Positions 55,576-64,000 of a stretch of 64,000 bases of DNA are shown in pieces. The stretch covers positions 124,001 to 188,000 of the forward strand of contig CBFFRQ010000039.1 of assembly GCA_965644315.1 (NCBI GenBank), written 5' to 3'. The DNA is from Caecitellus pseudoparvulus (taxonomy: Eukaryota; Protista; Bigyra: Bicosoecida). The notes beneath the pieces are model-generated. The model saw nothing but the letters and a program-made list of their open reading frames with translations, did not search any database and had not been told where the DNA came from. The position numbers and the translations under genes are program-made. Position 1 is the first letter of the stretch; every line of letters starts with the position of its first letter.

Positions 55576-58290
55576 CTACACTGCAGGATGAATAGCCAGC
55601 AGCACATCCTCAGTGTTTGAAAGTAGTCGGCCGCCTGGCAAGGACGACTGCAAGACCCGCGAAACGCGAGTGGTCATGACGTAGGGGAAGGCCGCAAGCA
55701 GCGAAGGGTGCAGCAAGCCCCTCGCTGCCTGCACATGGACAATGTAAGCGAGGTGGGCCGTCCCATTCAGTGACAAGTGCTCCACACCCACACTGCCGAG
55801 GCTGGAAGACAAAGTTAGAGCCCCACTGAGGTAGGAGGGGGCTTGCAGCGGGTCGCCCTCGTCTGGCTCTGCCGCAGCTGGAACCGTACACGAGGCATCC
55901 ACGCCACCCTTTGGGAGTGCAGGGGCGAGGGACTTGGCGGGTGGCGCTTGCAAGTGGGCATGTGTGAGAGTGTGCAAGTGCGCTCGGTACACCTGGGCCC
56001 ACACTCTGTCTGCTGCAGCGGCATGCAGGGCACCTCCGCTGGCAGTCACTCGGCTGGAAGCCCCTGCTTCGCAGGAAGTGGACGCAGTCAACGGTAAGTT
56101 GGGGAGGTAGCTTGCGGGCAAAGTAGACACATGTTGCACGAACGCAGGGGCGGCGCTGGCGGCGGATTGCAGGGCTGGTGACAGTCCGTGGGGGTGCTCC
56201 ACTGCCAGCCACGACTCCTGAGGGGCAGGCGCTCCAAAGCACTGCAGCACGCAGCCTTGCAGCGGCTGCCCCAGAGCGTACGCTGGCAAATCTTCGTTTG
56301 GTCGAAAGGTCGGTGTGTACATGGCGTGCAGAGGTCGGATTGGCGAAGGGGCTGCCCCGCCAGCTTTGGCAGCGCCTGGCAACCACCGACGCCAGCCGGT
56401 GGCACGGGGCGTCTGAGGAGGGAGCTGGCTCACCCAAGCTGCCGAGACGCTTGTCACGGCATCTTGAGCCGAATCTAGCACTTGCTGCACGGCTGGGTGA
56501 GGCGCCTCGCCGAAGACATGCGTGTGTGCTAGACACGCAGCGCCTGCTTTGAGCACGTTGAAGCCTGCCAGCCGGCTCAGCTTGCGAGCAAGGCTTTCCC
56601 CTGTGCCTCTGGCCCACTGGACAGCAAAGCTGTGGGCGCCAGTCCCACTGCCCAGCACTGCGATGCGCCCTTCTCTGGCTTCAGGACAGCGAGCACCTGG
56701 TTGAACCAGCACCGCGCAGACTTCGGTGGCCGCGCTGGGGGAGCGCGCACCAGGCAGAAACGGACCTACTAAAGCTGCTGTGGCAGACTCCAACTCACGG
56801 CTGCTGATGCTGCCCCACTGGGACATGGGCTTCTTCCAAGCAGCTTCTACGTCATGTACAATGTGCCCGTGCTCGGAGGGCAGAGCGGTGAACTCGGCAG
56901 GGTTCTTGGTGATGCGCAGAAACGTGACGCTGGCGCCGGTGCGCACTCCCAAAAGCGACGCCAGGTGAGGCAGCACCACACTGCAGGGTGGTGCAGAGCG
57001 AGTGGCAGGGCCCCACATCCTGTCGGGGGGTGCTGTTCCTGTCAGCACACTGAATGCAAGCCGGGCAGTGGTTTGGGAGTGCGTGTTGCTGCACAGGGAA
57101 ACCTGCCGCGCAGCAACCGCTTGGCCAGCGCTGGACCGCCTGCAATACACCACGAACGCGACGCGCAGCAGCGACATGTGGTCAGTCACAATACCGTTCT
57201 GAGCTCTCCCCGCACCCTCCAGCCCGAACACGCGCAAGAGTAGCGTGAGCCAAGTCTGCGGTGCGCCTGCAATGGCAGTGGCAGCATCCCCAGCAAACAC
57301 CATGTGCGGGAGACTCGCTGTGTTGTGCAAGAGAGAATAGACGCCTGCGACAGCTGCTGGTGGGGGCATGCCCCCTTTGCGCGCGGGCAGCTGGGCGGCA
57401 GCATCCTCCAGCTCCTCGCGGTTGAAGGGCAGTGCGGGCAGTGTGCTTTGCAGGGCAGCTCGGCTGTTCTTCGCGTGTTCCTTCACGCCGTCTCCTCGCC
57501 CGGCCTTGTCCATGTTGTCCCAGCCCGCGGCCGCATGCAGAGCTGCTGACAACCCCAGGGCCACTCGGAGGTCGGGTGGCAACAAAGCAGGGTGTGCATC
57601 GGCCCTGTACCGCGGCTGGCTGGCGCTGTGGCTCGCTTGGCTGAGCAGGGAACGAGCGGGGGAGGGATCCCCACTGCTGCCCTGCCCAGCTGGTGATGTC
57701 AGCAGTGGGGTGGGCTCGGGAGTGGAAGGCGCAGCGAAGTGCACGTGTTCTGGCGGGGGCGCTGGGGCCGCGACAAGTGCAGTCTGGGCAGCGGCAGTAA
57801 ATCGCAGCAAGGCCGCCTGCAAGTCCAACAGGTCAACCTGCGGCGGTTCCGGCGTCGTGGGGCTGGCGGAAACAGCCGCTGCCTCCCCTTCCCCAGCGTC
57901 TGCCATTCCCATGAATAGACGCCGCACAGGGCTTTCGTCTGTTGCATGCTCCGTGTCGTGTCTGGGCGGCAGCAGCCGTGCACCGGTGGCTTCAGCAACA
58001 GCCCAATCCAGCGCCAGCAGCAGCGCACGCGTGCACCGCAGCAACGACATGCCCAGCACCCGGCTGATGGGGCGAAGAGGGGCTGCTTTTCCTCCAAACA
58101 TGGCGAATGCAATGAGGATAGCCAGTGCTGTCAGGACCCCAGTGTGCAGCAGCGTGTGGCTCCAGCCGTGGCCGGGCGTGTCAACTTCCGCACTCGCCCT
58201 TCCATCGCCAACCTCAGCGAAGTGGCCCGCTGAACCGAGGCCTTCAGAGACTGTCTGACTGTCAGCGAGCAGAACACCTTGTGCTTGCAT
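55576..58290 (-). CDS. Hypothetical protein (904 aa) with an N-terminal hydrophobic, TM-like segment
   Basis: Long ATG-initiated ORF containing VLTALAILIAFAMFGG near the N-terminus. No family recognised. Confidence 0.7.
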   Translation of the reverse strand: MQAQGVLLADSQTVSEGLGSAGHFAEVGDGRASAEVDTPGHGWSHTLLHTGVLTALAILIAFAMFGGKAAPLRPISRVLGMSLLRCTRALLLALDWAVAEATGARLLPPRHDTEHATDESPVRRLFMGMADAGEGEAAAVSASPTTPEPPQVDLLDLQAALLRFTAAAQTALVAAPAPPPEHVHFAAPSTPEPTPLLTSPAGQGSSGDPSPARSLLSQASHSASQPRYRADAHPALLPPDLRVALGLSAALHAAAGWDNMDKAGRGDGVKEHAKNSRAALQSTLPALPFNREELEDAAAQLPARKGGMPPPAAVAGVYSLLHNTASLPHMVFAGDAATAIAGAPQTWLTLLLRVFGLEGAGRAQNGIVTDHMSLLRVAFVVYCRRSSAGQAVAARQVSLCSNTHSQTTARLAFSVLTGTAPPDRMWGPATRSAPPCSVVLPHLASLLGVRTGASVTFLRITKNPAEFTALPSEHGHIVHDVEAAWKKPMSQWGSISSRELESATAALVGPFLPGARSPSAATEVCAVLVQPGARCPEAREGRIAVLGSGTGAHSFAVQWARGTGESLARKLSRLAGFNVLKAGAACLAHTHVFGEAPHPAVQQVLDSAQDAVTSVSAAWVSQLPPQTPRATGWRRWLPGAAKAGGAAPSPIRPLHAMYTPTFRPNEDLPAYALGQPLQGCVLQCFGAPAPQESWLAVEHPHGLSPALQSAASAAPAFVQHVSTLPASYLPNLPLTASTSCEAGASSRVTASGGALHAAAADRVWAQVYRAHLHTLTHAHLQAPPAKSLAPALPKGGVDASCTVPAAAEPDEGDPLQAPSYLSGALTLSSSLGSVGVEHLSLNGTAHLAYIVHVQAARGLLHPSLLAAFPYVMTTRVSRVLQSSLPGGRLLSNTEDVLLAIHPAV

Positions 58291-58519
58291 CCTGTCTCAG
58301 ATAGAGCGACAGCAGCTGATGCCCTGGCCACGACACCGCCTGTTGCTGAACTGGCACAGCGAGCTATCCTCCCTGCACCCTGACTGGGAGCCGTGGCGCC
58401 GAGGTCGCCGAGGCTGACCGTCAAGGCAAGCCAAGTCCACTCCCCCAACTTGTGGGCGTTGAAATATGAGCAGTTCCTCCCTTCTGCCCCATCACCCAGC
58501 CTGCGCGGCTTGAAACGAA

Positions 58520-59878
58520 TCACTGCCCTTGAGCAGCGCCGGCACCGCCTGTGCCAACACCAGCAGCCCCAGCGCTGCTGTCTGGAGAAGTAGCCTTGCC
58601 ACTCAAGTCTTTCACGAATCGCTCCGGTGAGAGGGCGCCCAGGGTCTCGCGTGGCAGCCAAGTGCAGTCCCTTTCAAGCACCAAGTCAGCGATGAGGCGG
58701 CCGGTGGCCGGGGCGTACAAGATGCCCCAGCAGTAATGCCCGCACGCGAGGAAGACCCCTGGATATTCACTTGATGCGCCGATGATTGGCACACCGTCGG
58801 GGGACGTTGGTAGGTAGCAAGCATTCCGCCGAAGCACCTGCATGTCGCGCGTGGCGGTAGACAGCCCCGACAAGAACGCACACAGCCTGTCCGTGGCGCC
58901 TTCGCACGGCACGACGGCTTCCGCTGACCCTGGCAGGGGGGCGTCACTGGAAATACCACAGCAGTACACTGTGCCGTCTGGGCGGGGGTACACCTCAGGT
59001 TCCAGCCCCGCCACGCCATCGTGCACAAACAGCGCCGTGGCGGGGATGGGACTCGCACTGCTCGCCTGGCACGCCTCGTGCGGCCCCACCTCAATGCTGT
59101 GTACCTTCTCGCCACTGCACTCCTCTGGAATGCACCCTGGCAACCACTCGTTGGCTGTCGCGGCCCACGGCCCAAGAGCCAGCACCACTGCATCTGCGTC
59201 AAGCGGGGCACTGCGACCGGATACTGTGACACTGACAGAGGTGTGGCTACCTTCCTTACTCTGCACACCGCACACCTCTCCCAGCACCAGCTGTGCGCCA
59301 GCAGCACGGGCAGCACCCAACAGCGCTCGTGTCAGTGCCCCAGGCGTGACCTGTGCGGTGGTCTGCACACTCCCCAGCACACCACTGCCTGACACATGGA
59401 CGTCTGAGCCTGCATCTCCGACCCATGATGGCGCGCTGGTGGCCGAGTCACACCGGCTGCGTTTCGCCCCCGCTCCCTTGGCCTTCGTGCTCACTGATAC
59501 GGTGTCCACAGCCCGGTAACCAACCGCATCAGCGCCCAGGGCAGCTGCCAGATGTTTGTGTAGATCGAAGCTTGCCATAGCAAGGTCAGCAATGGGGCCC
59601 CGGCCCCAGTCCTTTGCCAAAAAGCCGCCCGCTTTGCCACTTGCCGCACACGCAACACCAGTGCGTTCAACGACAGTCACTCGTGCCCCTGACAGCGTCA
59701 AGTAGTACGCACATGCCGCTCCCATGATACCTGCACCCACAATGATCACCTGCTTGGCCTGCTTTGTGGGATCAAGGTATGGCGGAAGGGAAGATGCCAG
59801 CGTTTCGCCTGCGTTTCCCGGTCCACCACTCGACAAAGTGGGGCCATCGTGCAGCGGCGAGCAGCCAGCATGTGCCAT
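58520..59878 (-). CDS. FAD-dependent oxidoreductase, DAO superfamily, TDA3/Btn3-like
   Basis: VIIVGAGIMG (Rossmann GxGxxG), VVERTGVACAASGKAGGFLAKDW, PEVYPRPDGTVY, ACYLP..DGVPIIG and GHYCWGILYAPATG. Confidence 0.9.
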   Translation of the reverse strand: MAHAGCSPLHDGPTLSSGGPGNAGETLASSLPPYLDPTKQAKQVIIVGAGIMGAACAYYLTLSGARVTVVERTGVACAASGKAGGFLAKDWGRGPIADLAMASFDLHKHLAAALGADAVGYRAVDTVSVSTKAKGAGAKRSRCDSATSAPSWVGDAGSDVHVSGSGVLGSVQTTAQVTPGALTRALLGAARAAGAQLVLGEVCGVQSKEGSHTSVSVTVSGRSAPLDADAVVLALGPWAATANEWLPGCIPEECSGEKVHSIEVGPHEACQASSASPIPATALFVHDGVAGLEPEVYPRPDGTVYCCGISSDAPLPGSAEAVVPCEGATDRLCAFLSGLSTATRDMQVLRRNACYLPTSPDGVPIIGASSEYPGVFLACGHYCWGILYAPATGRLIADLVLERDCTWLPRETLGALSPERFVKDLSGKATSPDSSAGAAGVGTGGAGAAQGQ

Positions 59879-60214
59879 GGTTGACAGGAAATGTAGAGTT
59901 CCACAAACTTGCCTTGGTCCAAACGCGTTAGAGGTTCGATTGTGTCCCTTTGTGTGTTTGGCAGATGCAGCACTCGATCCCCTGCCGGCACACACCCATT
60001 CATCTCGACGTTAAGGACACAATTGCCCGAAATATGTGCAGCCACACTGTACTGTGAACCCCGCATCGCTCGCATCTGCAACGCTTGCGGTGCCTTGGGG
60101 CAGCAGGCGCTGACGTGCGGAATTGGCTCACACCACCTGCTGTGAGAAGCCCTCAAGCTTGCAGCGGCAAGTGGGACGTGTGTCGTGGTCATCGCCCAGC
60201 TACACCCAAGCAGA

Positions 60215-61198
60215 ATGGCTTTGGCAAAGACCGCCAAGGCGCTGGACGTGCAGGCGCTCATGCGAGGCAAGGTGCTGGACCTCTTCCGGCGCATGTGCCG
60301 CCAGGTGCCCCGCATGGTGAAGCTGTACGAACTGCCGTACGAGGCAACTGAGATGCGGCACATCATCGGGCTGTTGTTCAAGAAGAACGCACACGTGCAG
60401 GACCCCCGCCTGATCGACATGCTGTGCGCCAAGGGCGAGATGGAGATGGAGGAGACGCTGATGCAGTGGAAGCAGCGGGGCCATGTGCTGCACCTGCTGT
60501 CACTCGATGACGCCGATTTGGGCGCCGCAGAGGAGACTGACAGCATTGTGGACAACCAGGCGTGGATTGCTGAGTTGGTAGAGCGCGTGGAGCTGGCGTC
60601 TGGCCAGGAGGTGGACACCAAGCGCCTGGGCGCCATTCTGCGTGCGGCACGTGCGCGGGAATTGGGAAGCATGCCAGGTGAGGCCCTGGCGCCAGCAGCC
60701 ACCGACACCGTGTCAGCGTACGTCGCTGCACGCAAGGGCGGCTCCAAGTGGGCCTTTGACCAGATCACTGCCCTGCAGAGCGAGCAGGGTGCTGGCACAA
60801 ACCCTGCCGTGAACGCGCCGCGGAACTTGGACCTGTCCAAGGAGCAGCGGCACCTGAAGGAGCTCGTGTGGGGGGAGCGCGAGCTGAGCGTGGACGAGCG
60901 GCGCCAGGCACTGTGGAACGACGCCGTGGAGCTGGAGTGGGGCAAGGGTCCGTGGGTGCGGCCCCCTGCCGCCGTGGAGAAGAAGGGCTTGCCGCTGTGG
61001 GTGGCTTCCAAGGTGCACTGGTCCTGGGTGGACTATGAGCAGGATGGGGAGGACTCCCGTGTGCAGGCCGCCATCGAGGGCGCCAAGGATGACCTCATGA
61101 GCAAGTGGGGTGCTGACACAGAGGCGTACGAGGCCCACCTGGCCGAGGCGGTGCGGGAGACAGACAAGGATGCGTTGCGCTGGGGGCGTGTGCGGTAG
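60215..61198 (+). CDS. NDUFA6: Complex I accessory subunit NDUFA6/B14 (LYR family) with a long C-terminal extension
   Basis: VLDLFRRMCRQVPRMVKLYEL..FKKNAHVQDPRLIDMLCAKGEMEMEETLMQWKQRGHV matches the B14 pattern (LYR-type motif as LFR, D.R.ID.L..KG, E....WKQ..H). Confidence 0.85.
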   Translation: MALAKTAKALDVQALMRGKVLDLFRRMCRQVPRMVKLYELPYEATEMRHIIGLLFKKNAHVQDPRLIDMLCAKGEMEMEETLMQWKQRGHVLHLLSLDDADLGAAEETDSIVDNQAWIAELVERVELASGQEVDTKRLGAILRAARARELGSMPGEALAPAATDTVSAYVAARKGGSKWAFDQITALQSEQGAGTNPAVNAPRNLDLSKEQRHLKELVWGERELSVDERRQALWNDAVELEWGKGPWVRPPAAVEKKGLPLWVASKVHWSWVDYEQDGEDSRVQAAIEGAKDDLMSKWGADTEAYEAHLAEAVRETDKDALRWGRVR

Positions 61199-61646
61199 GG
61201 CATGAAATGCACTCCTGTGTCCTGATGGAAGGCGGTGCTTCCTGCGCACCCTGCGATTATGGCGAGCAGCTCTTATTGCTGCACGTGCAGCTGAGGAAGG
61301 GCTTCTGCGGACTGGCAGGCTGGGCACACGGGTGTTTCCGGTGTGCAGGCAGCCGTGCACTGAAAAGGCGTTTTTCAAGCATACCCAGCGCAAGCTTCAA
61401 TACTGACCTGCCATCTCACCATGGGCGTCAGGCCCACGAAACATACCAAATCCGTTCCTCCCGCCATAGTGCGTGCCGCTTGGGAAGACTTGCCTGCGGT
61501 TGAGGCGGGTGCGGGGACGAGTTGAATGCCGCGTCGCACACCCTGCAACTGAAGCGCAGACGAACGACGCTTGCCGGGGGTTACCAGCGAGCGGAGGTAG
61601 TTGTCAGTGCCAGTGAAGGCACCCTTGTCCAGGTGCACCTGCTGCC

Positions 61647-64000
61647 ATGGGTGTGCAAAGTGCGCACCTGGGCGGGGCGGTGATTGTGTGTGGCTTTGGG
61701 ACACTCATCGTGGTGGCTCTGGCCTGGGCAGCCTACACGTCCGCCCAGCGCTGCCTGGTCAGCGGGCGCTGTCAGCATTGCACGGTGGGCAAGCGCTCCT
61801 TGGCACTGGCGTTGCCCTCCCAGCTCTTTGCGGCGTTTGCCATGCTGCTGGCGCTGGGGTATGAGGCGCAGCGGGCAGGGCTACTGGGAGCCAATGCCGC
61901 GGCCTCTCCCGCCGCTTGCCGGGCTATCTTTGTGGCTTCGCACTTGACGCCGTCCCTGTACGCTGCACCCTACGTGTTGCGGGGGCTGCGCATGGCGACG
62001 CTGTTCGACACGAATCTGCGCCGGAAGTACAGGTGGCTGGTGCAGGATCGGTGCGTTTCACGCGTTTCGTCGCATGCGGCGAGGGGATGCAAGCACCGTT
62101 CCCTTGCCCCCTTGACCCCCCCCCCAGCATGCTGTGGGCGATCCTTGGCTCTCTCAACGTGCTTTCCATCATTATCGGCGGCACAATCCTGGCAATCACG
62201 CCCAGTCGACTGCAGGTGAGCGATGGTGAGGTCGCTAGAATCGACTGGCTCCGGACCCCTCTTGCCCCCCATCCCCCAGGCAACGGAATGCTACTTCTAT
62301 GAGGACCGGCTGGTGTTCATTGCTCTTCTTGTGGTGCGTGGCCGCGGAAGGGGGTGCCTTGCTCCGCGCGAAGCACCTGCCAGCACCGCTCCTTTCGGCA
62401 GGTGTACGCTGCCGGGGTTATGGCCATGCTGCGACTGTTCATCGCGAATGAAGTGAAGGACCAGTTCAACATCACCCGGGAGCTGCTGACGTGTTTCGGT
62501 GCCTGGGTGGTGCTGGCCGGCTCGCACTTCCTGTACGCGTTCCTGGCCAGCCAGTTCCCCAGCGTGGCGGCAGTGGAGCAGCAAGTGCCTTCCCACACAC
62601 TGCTCCTGCTCATGTTCAGCTTCACGTCTCTGCAGTCCTGGTACAGACCCGCTATTCTAGACCCCTCCACCCTGCCCCGCTCAGCGCGCCTGCGCATGCT
62701 GCGTGCACAGTTCCAACGTCTGACGCTGGGTCTGCAAGTGCTCCGGCATGCGTGTGCTTCACACGAAACCTGGGCAACCATGCTGCAGGGCAAGGTGGGC
62801 AGGGGCATCGTGGGGGAAGAGTGGCTCCCAGGACACAGCTGGACCGTGCGCCTGACGCCCTTCCTCACCACCACCACCACCAGCGGCAGTGACAGTCTGG
62901 GTCGTCCCGTCAGCGTTCACATGGGGGACTCCGACACATCCCTGGCAGACCCCAAGCGGCGGGGCAGCACCACCCTCGGCAGTGCCATCGGCATAGCTGC
63001 GTCGGGCGCACTGGCCCACGGAGACAGCCCCATGCAGGAGTCCCCTGCTCGGTCCCCGGGGACTGCCTCACCCTCCCCGCGAACCAGCCCAGGCCCCAGC
63101 TCCAGTGACATCTGGTGCAAGCTGGTAGGGGTGGAGAAAGGCGGCCGCATCGCCGAGCCGTACCGTGCCCTGCTCCCGCTGGTGCCTGGCACGCTCTGCA
63201 CGCCCCGTGACCCGCTCGCTTTCTGGTGCTGGCATGCGCTGGGCTGCTCTGCCTGTCGCCCATGCTGCGGAGGCGCCAGTGCGGGCCCAGACCCCGTGCC
63301 AGCGACCTGGTGGGCCCACGACAACGCGGTGGATGGCCTGCGCTGCTGCGCCTGCCAGCCCAGTCGGTCTCCGGGTGGCGTGTACGCCGTACACAGCACG
63401 GCTGCCCGGAACATGGTGGATGACGCTGACGATGCAGACGGCGGCAGTGGTGACAGCTGGGTGGGCGAAGGGGGTTGCTGCAGGCGGGCACCTTGTGTTT
63501 GTCTTGGGCGGGGCGTGTTGGACCAGCATGGGTGGGCAGCCTCAACGCTTGTGTGGGGGGGGGTGCTGGGCGTGTCACGAGGTGCCGTGTGGGCAGCATG
63601 TCCCGCCTTCTGTGGCGACAGGGCCCAGCAGCAGGCGGAGGCGGACCAGGAGGATGACGTAGATGAGGTACAGGCTTTCGTCAGCACGCAGGCGTCCCGG
63701 GGGGCCAAGTACAGCGTGGGCATTGGGCGGGACGGCAGCGTGACCCTGGCCAGCAGCACCCAAGTCCTGCCGCACAAGCGCTTTCTCCAAGCCATCGTGC
63801 GCCAGTTCGTGCGAGATGTCACCCCCAGCCAGCGGGTGTTGCTGCTTGCAAGCATGCACGGTGTGGCGGTGGCCAGCAGTGTGGGTGCGCTGCTGGGCAG
63901 TGAGAGCGACGGCAGCTCGTCAGATGACCGACATGCTGGGTCAGGCAGTGCGGGGGGCTCCTTGCGTCTGAGCAGAGCCGGGCAGGCGGGCTTGCACAGC
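61647..64000 (+). CDS. Seven-TM receptor-like protein of the 7TM-RGS type, 3'-partial, at least 4 exons
   Basis: Introns 62051-62127 (77 nt), 62216-62279 (64 nt) and 62334-62401 (68 nt) join about 7 hydrophobic helices. Contains KRS before TM2, a Cys at the start of TM3 and in loop 2, and KDQFNITREL before TM6. The frame stays open to the window end. Confidence 0.7.

Noticed and set aside
1-64000. Prokaryotic operon, prophage, endogenous virophage or transposon
   Set aside because: Spliceosomal introns and eukaryote-specific genes occur throughout. I saw no integrase, transposase, reverse transcriptase or capsid ORF, no terminal repeats and no low-GC island.

Overview
This is gene-dense, GC-rich eukaryotic nuclear DNA, not prokaryotic. 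I find about 22 protein-coding genes with spacers of mostly tens to a few hundred bp. I reconstructed 18 GT-AG introns by hand; they are mostly 64-82 nt, mostly near gene 5' ends, and GTGCGT is the commonest donor. The style suggests a heterotrophic protist, possibly a Bigyra/bicosoecid-like stramenopile (inference only). Recognisable genes: a short-chain dehydrogenase (SDR), dynactin p150 (CAP-Gly), a PLP Thr/Ser dehydratase, a TTL-family ligase, a complete DEG/ENaC-family channel, a DDT/WHIM-like chromatin protein, a pseudo-receiver-TPR-2xCNBD protein, a WW-WW-MyTH4-FERM protein, a ~23-TM DEK1-like calpain, a TruA-family pseudouridine synthase, a 3459-aa low-complexity protein with two nested P/K/G repeat arrays, a TDA3-like FAD oxidoreductase, NDUFA6 with a long C-terminal extension, and a 7TM-RGS-type receptor that runs off the window end. 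I saw no rRNA, tRNA, CRISPR array or mobile element. The strongest leads are the protist DEG/ENaC channel with a ~195-aa acidic knuckle insert, the DEK1-like calpain, and several degenerate or unusual signalling proteins. Whether these form one sensory system is only a hypothesis.
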